Positions 13,054 to 22,625 of a stretch of DNA of 64,000 nucleotides are shown here, one piece after another. Where the stretch lies: the NCBI GenBank assembly GCA_050011535.1, contig JBEKIX010000008.1:9099-73098 (forward strand). Direction: 5' to 3'. Source of the DNA: Acidobacteriota bacterium (GTDB lineage Bacteria > Acidobacteriota > UBA6911). Every line of letters starts with the position of its first letter. The first letter of the stretch is position 1. Position numbers and translations under genes: made by a program. Below the pieces are notes generated by a model. The model made no database searches. It was given only the letters and a program-made list of their open reading frames with translations, and was not told the DNA's origin.

Positions 13054-13631
13054 TCACGTCCTCCCACCCTGTCGACAAAGCGTGCAAAAAGGCGACGTTC
13101 GTCCTCCACCGTCATGCCATCCCGGATTTTCCCCTCGGCCAGCTGCACCGATAGCTCGGCCACATGTGCCTTCAGCTCGAGCTGCGCGGCCCGCGTAAGC
13201 CCTTCGATCTCCAGCCGCGCGCGTTCCAGAATTTTTTCAGCTTCCCGGTCGGCGGAAGCAACCAGGCGTTCGTGTTCCTCTCTGGCCTCGATCTCAGCAG
13301 CTGCCCTCATCTGGCGGAGTTCGTCATCGAGGGAACTCATGCGCAGGTTGATTTCATTGAGGCGCGCCTCAGCTTCCAAACGAGCCTTCTGCGCTTCCAT
13401 CAGCTGCTCGCGGATGGCCTGAGAGCGGCTGGCAAAAAAACTCGCAAGCGGTTTGCGTCCGACATAAACCAGGACAGCGGCAACCAGAAGCAGATTGGTG
13501 AATCTGCCGATTTCCAGAAGCGGCCCCCAGCGGTCGCCTGTTTCGGCAGCCCAAGCCTCACTGGAAAGAGCCGCGCAGATTGCCGGCACGAGCAGCCCGT
13601 GGTGCAACCAGACATTTGTCCGAAGTTTCAT
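13050..13631 (-). CDS. atpF: ATP synthase F0 subunit b
   Basis: TM helix followed by a coiled coil; stop overlaps atpH start. Confidence 0.9.
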   Translation of the reverse strand: MKLRTNVWLHHGLLVPAICAALSSEAWAAETGDRWGPLLEIGRFTNLLLVAAVLVYVGRKPLASFFASRSQAIREQLMEAQKARLEAEARLNEINLRMSSLDDELRQMRAAAEIEAREEHERLVASADREAEKILERARLEIEGLTRAAQLELKAHVAELSVQLAEGKIRDGMTVEDERRLFARFVDRVGGRE

Positions 13632-13696
13632 GCCAGTTCCCGGTGGAACATCTTCAAGATGACCGTCCCGTCCTGCTGTCCTGCAGAGATCGGCGC

Positions 13697-14122
13697 TCAG
13701 GCAGAGCGCCGCAGAATCGCCGACGTGATGCGGCGAGCCATATCCTCGGCCTCATTTCCCAGCTCGACTTTCGCCTCATTCACCTGGATCTTCACGAGAT
13801 CACGCGCCTCCAGCAATAGTTGTTCGGCACCCTTTCGAGCCCGCTCCAGCCCGCCGCTCCGATAGAGCAACGCGTCGGCGCGAGCCTTCTCCACGAGCCG
13901 ATACCCTTCCATCCGGGCATTCTTGATCGTCGCTTGATACTGGTCGAATAACTGCAAGTGATGAGCAAGGTTCTGTCGAGTTTGCGCCATCAGGCCGGTG
14001 GTCTTCATCTCCCTCTCCTCCTGAACGCGCATGATCGGCTTCACGAGGAGGTAGTTTAAAGCTACCACCGTGAAAACAAAGATGAATATCGCGGGAAGGA
14101 TGGACCAATCAACACTGATCAT
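13697..14122 (-). CDS. ATP synthase F0 subunit b' (second b-type subunit)
   Basis: N-terminal TM, LNYLLVKPIMRVQEERE, coiled coil; first gene of the operon. Confidence 0.88.
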   Translation of the reverse strand: MISVDWSILPAIFIFVFTVVALNYLLVKPIMRVQEEREMKTTGLMAQTRQNLAHHLQLFDQYQATIKNARMEGYRLVEKARADALLYRSGGLERARKGAEQLLLEARDLVKIQVNEAKVELGNEAEDMARRITSAILRRSA

Positions 14123-14206
14123 ACTGGCAACGTACGCTAGAGGATTTAACTTCCTCGATCGGTTTCCAGCTTAATTTGATCCAGGCTGGCAACATAGAAA
14201 AGGAGG

Positions 14207-14235
14207 AAAATATCACAGGGCTCCGACGCCGTCAA
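14207..14235 (-). promoter_or_regulatory. Putative sigma70 promoter of the atp operon
   Basis: TTGACG-N17-TATTTT with an extended -10 TG. Confidence 0.55.
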
Positions 14236-14274
14236 GGAGTTTCCCCCTACGCACATCGGTGATATATTCTGTGG

Positions 14275-15618
14275 ATGCTCAAGCACTTAGCTCTCCTGTT
14301 CCTGTTGGGAGGAGCCATCGAGACCGTCTGGCTCCTGAGCTGCAGGCTAAGCCCGTTGCGCGCTCATAGCGGGTCATTCGTCGCACTCATGCTCCTGAGT
14401 TTCGTCCTCTGCATCTCGGGTTTCTTTCGGTGCCGACTGCGGGATCGCAGAGATGTGCTGTGCATGCTCGGCTTCGCCCTCCTCTTTCGACTGACCGTGT
14501 TGCCGGCCACGCCAGACGAGAGTGAGGACGTCTATCGCTATCTGTGGGACGGAAAGATCTCTTCAGCGGGAATCAGTCCCTATCTGCATCCCCCTGAGGC
14601 CCTGGAACTGGAGAGCTTTCGCGACCCTCTTCTGTATCCGATGTTGAACTCCAAGTCGTATATCACGACATATCCTCCGCTCTCCCAGGCTGTGTTTCGG
14701 GCCTGCTACGGCTTGTTCGGGCCGTCGGTTTTGGCCATGAAAGCGATTTTCAGCCTGTTCGAGTTCGCTTCGTTGCTCTTGGCATGGCGGCTCCTCGTTT
14801 CCTTTGGGACCGGCTTGCAGTCGCTGTTTCTGATGGCTTGGAATCCATTTTTTGTTTTTGAGTTTTCCCACTCCGGCCATTCCGACAGCCTCATGATGTT
14901 TTTGATCCTGCTTTCGATTTACTTGGGGCACCGCCGAAAGAGCGTTTGGGCAATGGCGAGCTTTGCCGGAGCGATCCTCGTAAAGCTGCATCCAGCGCTT
15001 TGGATTCCCCTCTTTTGGCGCCGTATGGGATGGAAGCCGGCTGCGGTCTGCCTGAGCGTGGTGGGAATTGGGATGTACGGCTGCTATTCCTTCCAGACCC
15101 TGCGCTCGTATCTGCAGTCCCTCCGGCTCTACTATCGACTTTTCGAGTTTAATGCAGGCATTCATTACATGCTCAGGTTCATTGGAAGCTCTTTTTTCCG
15201 ACAGTCGTGGGACAAGGCGGCCGGACCCTACCTCGCCGTGCTCCTGATCGCGGTCGTCGCTGCGATCTCCATGAGGTTTCCCTTGGCCAATGCACGCGAT
15301 GTGCTGCACGCCGGGTTTTGGATCATGACGGCAGACCTGTGCCTGGCCACGACCGTGCACCCATGGTATCTCGTCTGGGCGGCGTTGGCGTTGCCTGTAC
15401 TCCCTTATGCATTCATGCTCTATTGGACCGGCGCATGTTTCCTGTCTTACCTCGCCTACGCGCACAGCCCGGTCTATGAACCGCGCTGGGTCCTGCTGGT
15501 CGAATACCTGCCGATGTATGCCTTGATGGCGTGGGAGGTACTTCGCGGAGCCCCTCTGCTGCAGGCTGCGGACCGCGTAAACGCCGGACCCCAGGAGCAC
15601 GTCCTTCCTCTCAGTTAG
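14275..15618 (+). CDS. GT-C fold membrane glycosyltransferase (GT87/DUF2029-like)
   Basis: SEDVYRYLWDG, PYLHPP, TYPPLSQ, AWNP, GHSD and TTVHPWY motifs; many TM helices. Confidence 0.8.
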   Translation: MLKHLALLFLLGGAIETVWLLSCRLSPLRAHSGSFVALMLLSFVLCISGFFRCRLRDRRDVLCMLGFALLFRLTVLPATPDESEDVYRYLWDGKISSAGISPYLHPPEALELESFRDPLLYPMLNSKSYITTYPPLSQAVFRACYGLFGPSVLAMKAIFSLFEFASLLLAWRLLVSFGTGLQSLFLMAWNPFFVFEFSHSGHSDSLMMFLILLSIYLGHRRKSVWAMASFAGAILVKLHPALWIPLFWRRMGWKPAAVCLSVVGIGMYGCYSFQTLRSYLQSLRLYYRLFEFNAGIHYMLRFIGSSFFRQSWDKAAGPYLAVLLIAVVAAISMRFPLANARDVLHAGFWIMTADLCLATTVHPWYLVWAALALPVLPYAFMLYWTGACFLSYLAYAHSPVYEPRWVLLVEYLPMYALMAWEVLRGAPLLQAADRVNAGPQEHVLPLS

Positions 15619-15633
15619 GAGCCTGTCAGAAAA

Positions 15634-16188
15634 TCAGGTGGACTGCCCCTTCCGGATCAGGTCAAGAAATTCAATCCTGGTTCGGTGATTCGTGCGGAAT
15701 GTCCCGTGCATTGAACTGGTCGTGGCGCGGCTGTTCTGTTTCTGGATGCCACGCATCATCATGCACATGTGTTGGGCTTCAACCACCACGGCCACGCCGA
15801 GTGGGTCGAGTTTCCGGTTGAGTGTATCGGCGATCTGCACTGTAAGACGCTCCTGCACCTGCAGCCGCCGGCTGAACACCTCCACCAGCCGGGCGATTTT
15901 GCTGAGGCCCACCACCTTCTTGTTGGGCAGATACGCAACGTGGACCTTGCCAAAGAAAGGTAGAAGGTGGTGCTCGCACAGACTGAAAAAATCGATGTCG
16001 GAAACGATGACCATCTCATCGTATTCGACATCGAACAAAGCGTTGTTCAGGACCGCGTCCACATCCTGAACGTACCCGCTCGTCAGGAATTGCAATGCCT
16101 GACTCACCCTCTCCGGTGTTCCCTGTAATCCGTCCCGTTCCGGATTTTCTCCGAGTTCGATCAGGAGATCATGCACAAGATTTTTCAT
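15634..16188 (-). CDS. folE: GTP cyclohydrolase I
   Basis: [34 protein letters not shown]. Confidence 0.98.
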   Translation of the reverse strand: MKNLVHDLLIELGENPERDGLQGTPERVSQALQFLTSGYVQDVDAVLNNALFDVEYDEMVIVSDIDFFSLCEHHLLPFFGKVHVAYLPNKKVVGLSKIARLVEVFSRRLQVQERLTVQIADTLNRKLDPLGVAVVVEAQHMCMMMRGIQKQNSRATTSSMHGTFRTNHRTRIEFLDLIRKGQST

Positions 16189-16424
16189 GGATCACTCGCA
16201 CGGGCCATGGCAGCGGCCGAATAGGTACCGCAGTCATAAACCTCAGATATTAAATAACTTAGTACGGCAAACAGCAACAAACTGTAATGGTAATCTTGGA
16301 AAACAGCGATGTCAAAGTCAAACGTCGCCTTTCCTTGCGGCGAAACTGGGGACAGCAGCTTCGCCACGGCCTTGTCTCTGGATGCTATTTACAGAACATT
16401 CCAAAGTCATTAAACTTATTCGAT

Positions 16425-17345
16425 ATGTCCAGGACCAGAACAGGCATCCGAAGAGTGGGCAGCGCGTTCGTGGAGGCTGCCAAGTCCATGTGGAGCTATG
16501 AAGTCCCGCGGGACGCCGCTTCCATTTCCTATTTCAGCTTGTTCATCATGTTCCCCGCGATCCTCGTCCTGTTTGCCATTTTGGACGCCGTTCTGGGTAT
16601 GTGGAAGCTCCACGAAGAGGTGATTCAGAGGATCGTCGCGCTGTTTCCGGGATCCAAGATGTTCCTGGAAAAAAATCTCTCGGAGATCACACAACCTTCT
16701 CCTGCCTTGCTTCTCCTCTGCTGCATTGTGGTGCTCTGGGGTTCGACATGGGTGTTCACGTTCCTGGAAAACGCATTGAATCGGGCCTGGGGAGTACCGA
16801 GGCGACGAACGTTCTGGGAAAGCCGTGTGCGAAGTACCGCCCTCCTGGTTCTGGGTGGCGCGCTGCTGCTGGTTTCCGCGGCAATAACCCTGGTCTGGGG
16901 CGCTCTGAGCTCCGAAGAACCCGCTTTTAAGCAGGATCAGATCATCAACTCTATCGGGCATTCGTTTCTGCTGGGCACCGGGATTCTGATTGCCGTCACG
17001 GTGTTTTGTTTTACTTACAAGCTGATGCCCGATCGCAAGGTGCCCTGGTGCGAAGCGCTTTCCGGCGCCGTGCTCGCGACCATCCTCTGGGAAACCGACT
17101 GGTGGATATTTGTAAATCTCGTGCCTGTCTTTGATTCGCAGAAGGTCTACGGCACGATGGGAGCTATCATAGCCCTGTTGACATGGGTTTATACCTCCAG
17201 TCTGATCACTCTGTTCGCGGCCTACTTCTCTGCCCAGCTGCATAAAGCCGAACAGCTGCCGGAAGCCTCCGAACGGCAAGTCATCCCGGCGCCGCGCGTT
17301 TCGCCGGATGAAAACGTTCGGATCTTTCCGCGACAAAGGCGCTGA
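16425..17345 (+). CDS. YihY/BrkB family membrane protein
   Basis: AASISYFSLF..FP, LENALNRAWGV, YKLMP, YGTMGAIIALLTWVY; start uncertain. Confidence 0.88.
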   Translation: MSRTRTGIRRVGSAFVEAAKSMWSYEVPRDAASISYFSLFIMFPAILVLFAILDAVLGMWKLHEEVIQRIVALFPGSKMFLEKNLSEITQPSPALLLLCCIVVLWGSTWVFTFLENALNRAWGVPRRRTFWESRVRSTALLVLGGALLLVSAAITLVWGALSSEEPAFKQDQIINSIGHSFLLGTGILIAVTVFCFTYKLMPDRKVPWCEALSGAVLATILWETDWWIFVNLVPVFDSQKVYGTMGAIIALLTWVYTSSLITLFAAYFSAQLHKAEQLPEASERQVIPAPRVSPDENVRIFPRQRR

Positions 17346-17352
17346 CGCATCT

Positions 17353-18390
17353 GTGAACCTTAGTTCCTTTGATTTTGCCCTCCCCGAGCATCTTATCGCG
17401 CAGCACCCGCTTCCCGAGCGGGACCAATCACGCCTGATGCTAATACGGCGGCAATCCCGCACGGTGGAGCACCGGATCTTTCGCGAGCTTCCCGATATTC
17501 TCCAATCCGATCATTTTTTGGTGGTAAACACGACCCGCGTGATTCCGGCGCGACTCTGGGCGAGTCGTCCCAGAAAGCGGGAGCGCATCGAAGTCCTGAT
17601 GACGCGCGAGGAGGCCCCAGGCATCTGGCTGGTGCTGGTCCGCCCGGCTCATAAGGCCCTGCCCGGCCAGCACCTGGAGATTGGGAATGTGCGCGCGCAG
17701 GTACGTGAAATCCGGGAGGGCGGCGCCCGGCTGATCGAATTCGCGTCTAGCGTCGATCCCTGGAAAAGCATGGAGACATCGGGTGAACCGCCATTGCCGC
17801 CCTACATCCACCGACATCCGTGTCAGGATCTGACGGAGGACGGGCAGCGTTACCAGACCGTTTATGCCCGCCAAGCGGGGTCGATAGCCGCACCGACGGC
17901 GGGGTTGCACTTCACGCCTGAGGTCATGCATCGCCTTGCGCAGAAGAACATTCCGGTCTGCGAGATCCTTCTTCACGTAGGTTACGGAACGTTTCAGCCG
18001 GTGCGATGCGAAGAGATCGAGCAACACCGCATGGAGCCTGAGCATTATGAAGTGACCGACGATACCGCCGCCTCCATTCGTGCGTACTTGAGTGAAGGCA
18101 AGCGCCTGATCGCTGTAGGGACCACCACGACCCGGGTACTGGAGCATCTGGCGTGCCAATTGGATTTCCTCGGGAGTGGGTCCGCGGGTCTCTGCGATTT
18201 GTTCATTCGACCGGGATTTGAGTTTCACGCCTTGAGCGGACTTCTCAGCAACTTCCACCTTCCCAAATCGACACTCTTCATGCTCGTTTGTGCATTTGCC
18301 GGGCGCGAGTGGATGCTCGACTGCTACCGGCAGGCAGTTAAAGAAGGGTACCGATTCTACAGTTACGGCGATTGCATGCTCATTTTATGA
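17353..18390 (+). CDS. queA: S-adenosylmethionine:tRNA ribosyltransferase-isomerase
   Basis: FDFALPEHLIAQHP, PLPPYI, RYQTVYA, AAPTAGLHFT, YSYGDCMLI. Confidence 0.98.
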   Translation: MNLSSFDFALPEHLIAQHPLPERDQSRLMLIRRQSRTVEHRIFRELPDILQSDHFLVVNTTRVIPARLWASRPRKRERIEVLMTREEAPGIWLVLVRPAHKALPGQHLEIGNVRAQVREIREGGARLIEFASSVDPWKSMETSGEPPLPPYIHRHPCQDLTEDGQRYQTVYARQAGSIAAPTAGLHFTPEVMHRLAQKNIPVCEILLHVGYGTFQPVRCEEIEQHRMEPEHYEVTDDTAASIRAYLSEGKRLIAVGTTTTRVLEHLACQLDFLGSGSAGLCDLFIRPGFEFHALSGLLSNFHLPKSTLFMLVCAFAGREWMLDCYRQAVKEGYRFYSYGDCMLIL

Positions 18391-18566
18391 GTTACATTCT
18401 CCGATCCGGCGCGGTTCTCCTGGGTGTAAGCCGTTGAATCAACTCCAGTAGGTGCAATCAGCACCCGGATCTCCGTTTACCGGTCCCGGCGCCCCAGCTC
18501 CATTTCTAGGAGCCTGTCCGGCAGGAGCGGAGCGATCACCTGGCCCACAGAATCGCAGTCAAGAAA

Positions 18567-18592
18567 TGAAATAACTTGGCCGATATGGCGTA
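18567..18592 (+). promoter_or_regulatory. Putative ECF-sigma promoter
   Basis: TGAAAT-N16-CGTA, one mismatch from the B. subtilis SigW consensus TGAAAC-N16-CGTA, upstream of the anti-sigma gene. Confidence 0.5.
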
Positions 18593-18626
18593 GTAGAAAT
18601 TGATGAAGCAATCAGGAGACTCGCAA

Positions 18627-19118
18627 ATGGAATGCGGCGTGGTGCGAGGCTGGCTGTTCCGATTGATGGACGGGGAGCTTTCGGCAGAGGAGCGAGCGCA
18701 GTTGGACTCACATCTCCAGCACTGCCCGTCATGCACCAGAGAGTGGAGGATTCTTACGCTTCCTCAGCGGCTTGGGAGATTGAACTCGGCGTTGGAGCCA
18801 TCACCTTTCTTCTACGCGCGGCTACGAGCGAGGCTGGAAAACGAAGCTCAAAGCATCACAGTCTGGCAAGTCATTCTCGGCTTATCTCGACAGATCGTGC
18901 CGGCGATGGCAACTGTGACTTTAGTCATTATCTCTTTGTTTGCATATATGGAGTTTCGTGGTCCGAGACCGGACCTATACCAGGCCTATGACAGCATTTT
19001 CATGACTCCTGGCCATTCCAGCCGAATGGTGATCGCCGAAGAAATCACGGATGAAAGTGTGATTCATTCCTTGGTGGAGAAATCGACAACTCCAGTCCTC
19101 AGCGCACCCAAGAAATAG
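18627..19118 (+). CDS. Zinc-binding (zf-HC2/ZAS) transmembrane anti-sigma factor
   Basis: C..V..WL..LMDGELS..E...LDSHLQHCPSC (HxxxCxxC) then one TM helix; ATG 18627 with AGGAG RBS. Confidence 0.85.
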   Translation: MECGVVRGWLFRLMDGELSAEERAQLDSHLQHCPSCTREWRILTLPQRLGRLNSALEPSPFFYARLRARLENEAQSITVWQVILGLSRQIVPAMATVTLVIISLFAYMEFRGPRPDLYQAYDSIFMTPGHSSRMVIAEEITDESVIHSLVEKSTTPVLSAPKK

Positions 19119-19139
19119 GCACTCAGAGGTTTACGATTA

Positions 19140-19550
19140 ATGCGATCAAAGACGAGCGCAGCGCTGATGCTGATAGCGATTTTTTTGCTCGGAGGCATAA
19201 GCGGGGCTGTCTCCGGCTATCTCTACCAGAATCATATAGGGCAAAATCCGACACAAAGGCCGCCGGTACCTACGAAACGAGACGTCGTCGAAGAGATCGC
19301 GCAAAGTTTGCACATGGACGCTCACCAGAAGGAAAACCTCAAGGATATCATCAAGAAAAGTGGGGATCGATACAGCGCTCTCTCGGTGCAGTTCCGCCCC
19401 CAATACGAACAGATTCGCACCGAGACCGATCAAGCCATCCGCGCCATTCTGCGCCCGGATCAGAGGCAGCACTTTGAAGAAACTCTCGAAAAAATGGACG
19501 CCCGGCGTCGGGCTCTCACCCACGATGCACCTCCCGCACGAGGCAAGTAG
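19140..19550 (+). CDS. Membrane-anchored periplasmic helical protein (Spy/CpxP/heavy-metal-sensor-like)
   Basis: N-terminal TM (IFLLGGISG); LHMDAHQ and ILRPDQ are LTxxQ-like motifs. Confidence 0.7.
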   Translation: MRSKTSAALMLIAIFLLGGISGAVSGYLYQNHIGQNPTQRPPVPTKRDVVEEIAQSLHMDAHQKENLKDIIKKSGDRYSALSVQFRPQYEQIRTETDQAIRAILRPDQRQHFEETLEKMDARRRALTHDAPPARGK

Positions 19551-19597
19551 CGGACTGTCTGGAAACTAAGCCCGACGTTTCTCATCTCGATCCCTTG

Positions 19598-20395
19598 CTA
19601 CTCCACGCCGACCACCGCCCTGGCTACGGTCAGGACAGAGACGCGCAAGGCTCCTCCTTCAAGAAGCGCCTCGGAAGCACTCTCGGCCGTCGATCCCGTC
19701 GTCATGACATCGTCAACCAGAAGCACGCGCGCACCGTGGGCAACCGCAGGAAGAGCGCAACGAAAGGCGTGGCGCAGGTTGCTGGAGCGTTCCGAATCGC
19801 TCAACCCTACCTGGGGTTGGGTGTTGCGAACGCGAGACAAAGTTCTTTCTTTGAACGGGCGCCCTATCAGGCGGGCAAGAGATGCGCCAAGGAGAGCCGC
19901 CTGGTTGTAGCCGCGCTCGCGTTGCCGCTCGGGGTGCAGGGGAACAGGAACGACCAGATCAATCTCGGTCACATCCCAACATTCGAGAAGCGTCGAAGCC
20001 AGCAGTGGCGCCAGCAATTCCACCAGGTCTCTGCGCCCGCCAAACTTCAAAGCCCGAATCATGCCGCTGAGCTCGGCACCGTACCAACCGAACGCCCGCG
20101 CGCCGGAGAACCGGGGAGGGCTGATCATGCATCGGCCGCACAGATGAACGAGCTCGCTCGCAAAGGTTCGATACGGAAGCCCGCAAGAAGGGCATGATGG
20201 TCCGACGATGCGCTGTTGTAAGGCCTTCTCCCAGCATCGCACGCAGACACCGCAGTCCTGTGCGCGGGAGATGGGATGGGCACACACGAGGCAGGCATCG
20301 GGATAAAACAGGTTTAGAACACTGTCTGCAAAGCGTCGAAAGGTGGACGCGGGGATATCACGCCTGGTGGGAAGAAGCAGCTTCATGTTCGCCAT
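19598..20395 (-). CDS. comF: ComF family double zinc ribbon phosphoribosyltransferase-like protein
   Basis: Four CxxC pairs, VPVPLH..R.RERGYNQA, LLVDDVMTTGST; start uncertain. Confidence 0.9.
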   Translation of the reverse strand: MANMKLLLPTRRDIPASTFRRFADSVLNLFYPDACLVCAHPISRAQDCGVCVRCWEKALQQRIVGPSCPSCGLPYRTFASELVHLCGRCMISPPRFSGARAFGWYGAELSGMIRALKFGGRRDLVELLAPLLASTLLECWDVTEIDLVVPVPLHPERQRERGYNQAALLGASLARLIGRPFKERTLSRVRNTQPQVGLSDSERSSNLRHAFRCALPAVAHGARVLLVDDVMTTGSTAESASEALLEGGALRVSVLTVARAVVGVE

Positions 20396-20484
20396 GAGAG
20401 GGAAAAGAATCCGCTTTTCCAGCGCCGCCGCGGCTGAAATGAGGCGAATGCCGGCAAAGTGAAATGCCCCGTCGGTCGGGTGGG

Positions 20485-20841
20485 CTAATCCTTGAGCAAC
20501 CCCTTTTCCTGTAATCCTTGACAACGAAGACAAAACTGGGTCCAGGGCACGGCTTCCAATCTCTTCGGGTGAATCGGCTCCTCGCAGTGAATGCAGACCC
20601 CAAAGGACTTGTCATCAATGCGCTCGAGTGCCTCATTCACCTGTTGAAGGATGGCGCGATCACCGGAACTCTTGCCAAACATGAATTCTTTCGTATAAGA
20701 CTCCACAGCCATGTCGGCGACGTCCTGAATGGCGGGCTCCTTCTCGCGGCCGTAACCTTCAGTGCGCGTAACCATATCGGCAAGAGAGAGTTTTTTCTGG
20801 ACCAGCTTTCCCCTGAAATGTTCCAACTTCTTTTCATCCAT
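20485..20841 (-). CDS. dksA: DksA/TraR C4 zinc-finger protein
   Basis: DVADMA coiled-coil tip (DxxDxA); CIHC..RLEAVPW..CLRC. Confidence 0.88.
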   Translation of the reverse strand: MDEKKLEHFRGKLVQKKLSLADMVTRTEGYGREKEPAIQDVADMAVESYTKEFMFGKSSGDRAILQQVNEALERIDDKSFGVCIHCEEPIHPKRLEAVPWTQFCLRCQGLQEKGLLKD

Positions 20842-20862
20842 CGATCATCTTCTCCCACTCGC

Positions 20863-21333
20863 CTATTTGTGGTACGGGATATTGCGCAAAATGGTCAGTG
20901 CTCGATACAGTTGCTCCAAGAGTAACACTCGGGCCATCTCGTGGGTCCAGGTCATGGGGCCCAGGGACATCCGCAGGTAAGCCTGATTCAAGAGCCTGGG
21001 ATCGACGCCTTCCGGACCTCCGATAATGAACGCGGTCTCCCTTGCACCGCGAATCTGTTCCGATTCAAGCCAGCGGGCGAATTCAGGGGAATTGAACTGC
21101 CTGCCTCGTTCATCCAGGAGCACCTTCTGGCATCCTTGAGGAAGAGCACGTTCAATCTCGGTTCTTTCCGCAGTCAGCAACGCTGCTCCCCGAAGCCCAC
21201 GGCGCTTGGAGAGGTCAGGCACCTCGGCCACAACAATGGTAGCCAGATGATTCAGCCTCTCCAGATATTCCGACAGCAAGGACCTCAAATGGGCATTCTG
21301 TGTCTTGCCTACCCAACAAGCCGTTATGCGCAT
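20863..21333 (-). CDS. rlmH: 23S rRNA pseudouridine1915 N3-methyltransferase
   Basis: LDERG, FIIGGPEG, SLGPMTWTHEMARVLLLEQLYRA, PYHK. Confidence 0.97.
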   Translation of the reverse strand: MRITACWVGKTQNAHLRSLLSEYLERLNHLATIVVAEVPDLSKRRGLRGAALLTAERTEIERALPQGCQKVLLDERGRQFNSPEFARWLESEQIRGARETAFIIGGPEGVDPRLLNQAYLRMSLGPMTWTHEMARVLLLEQLYRALTILRNIPYHK

Positions 21334-21512
21334 AACCGTGGTCCAGAAGCTCCGCCTCCTGAAGCAAGGCGCCGAATTTTACCGAAAGCTCTGGGCCAAT
21401 TCAACTGCCCCGCGTAATGAGCTTCGATTCAGACAAAGGCAGAAGATCGCGAGAGAGACGATGACCAACGCCTGCCGACGTTCCGGCAGCATGCCCCTCC
21501 GGCCGCAGTTCA

Positions 21513-21908
21513 CTACTTGCGTTTCCGCGCCTTCCTTGCAGGCGCCGGGGAAGGCGCCGTCTCCTCCAGAAGCGCGGCGGTGTCAATGATCTTGGCGTCG
21601 CGCCATAGTCGCTCGAGATCGTAGTAGGCGCGCGCCTGCTTCGAGAATATGTGGATCACAAGGTCGAGATAATCGAGCAGAATCCATTCGGCATTGTTGT
21701 AACCCTCGACATGAGCCGGACGATATCCGTGGGACGCCATTTTTTCCCTCACTTCATCGGCAATCGCTTGAATCTGGCGCTGAGAGTCGCCGGTGCAGAG
21801 CAGAAAACAGTCAGCGAAGCTGGCGACCGAAGAGATGTCGATCGCAACGATGTCCAACGCTTTCTTGTTATCCGCGGCCTGAATGGCAATCTTCAAAGCA
21901 TCATTCAT
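21513..21908 (-). CDS. rsfS: Ribosome silencing factor
   Basis: KKALDI, WILLDYLDLVIHIF, YYDLERLW. Confidence 0.97.
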   Translation of the reverse strand: MNDALKIAIQAADNKKALDIVAIDISSVASFADCFLLCTGDSQRQIQAIADEVREKMASHGYRPAHVEGYNNAEWILLDYLDLVIHIFSKQARAYYDLERLWRDAKIIDTAALLEETAPSPAPARKARKRK

Positions 21909-22594
21909 CTTTCACCATAAAGATGGAGTTTCTGGATATATTCATGCACCAAAGCCGGCACAAGATCATCGATGGCTTGCCCCGACGCGGCGCGCCGGCG
22001 TATCTGTGACGCGGCGATCTCCGGCGCGCCCACATCCACAAGAAAGATGCGGCTCTCGGAGGATGAAGACTCCGCGGCAAGCCGGCTTTGGACGTAGGCT
22101 GAGTCCCATCCCCTGCAATCCACGAGGCGCCCAAGCACATCGGCAGGGAGAATGCCCTCAATGTCCGGCACGAGGAAGCCCGGACGCATGGCAAAAACAA
22201 AAGTGTAGGTTAAGAGGAGCTCGGCGCCCCGGTGCCATCCCGCGACCTCCAGAAGCGAGTCGCCTCCCGCAATGAAGTGCAGCGCATGGTCCGCTATTCC
22301 GAAACGCCGCGCCAGCTTGGCCAGCGTGTCGATGGAATAAGGGCTGACGGGCGACTCCAGCTCCACCGGGGATGGATGAAAATACTCGCAGCCGGACGTC
22401 GCGAGGCTCACCATGGCATACCGATGGTTGAAGGATATCAAGTCATGGGGCTGCTTGTGCGGGGGCGTGCAGGCAACCACGAAAAGAACCCTGGAAAGGC
22501 CGAAGAGCCCGCGAGTCCGGCGTGCAATGTGGAGATGTCCCAGATGAATGGGGTTAAAACTACCTCCGAGCACGCCCAGCCTGATGGCCGTCAA
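21905..22594 (-). CDS. nadD: Nicotinate-nucleotide adenylyltransferase
   Basis: GGSFNPIHLGH, PPHK, YSIDTL, ASQIR. Confidence 0.95.
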   Translation of the reverse strand: MTAIRLGVLGGSFNPIHLGHLHIARRTRGLFGLSRVLFVVACTPPHKQPHDLISFNHRYAMVSLATSGCEYFHPSPVELESPVSPYSIDTLAKLARRFGIADHALHFIAGGDSLLEVAGWHRGAELLLTYTFVFAMRPGFLVPDIEGILPADVLGRLVDCRGWDSAYVQSRLAAESSSSESRIFLVDVGAPEIAASQIRRRAASGQAIDDLVPALVHEYIQKLHLYGER

Positions 22595-22625
22595 ATCGGA
22601 TCTCCTGTCGATTGCCTGCCCGCCG

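Noticed and set aside
16238-16270. dif/Xer-like site (CATAA-N6-GATATTAAAT) between folE and yihY
   Set aside because: Only a partial match to both arms; AT-rich promoter sequence explains it.
18400-18545. Possible 6S RNA or riboswitch downstream of queA
   Set aside because: I could not build the long closing stem of 6S or a preQ1 aptamer by eye; an Rfam scan would be needed.
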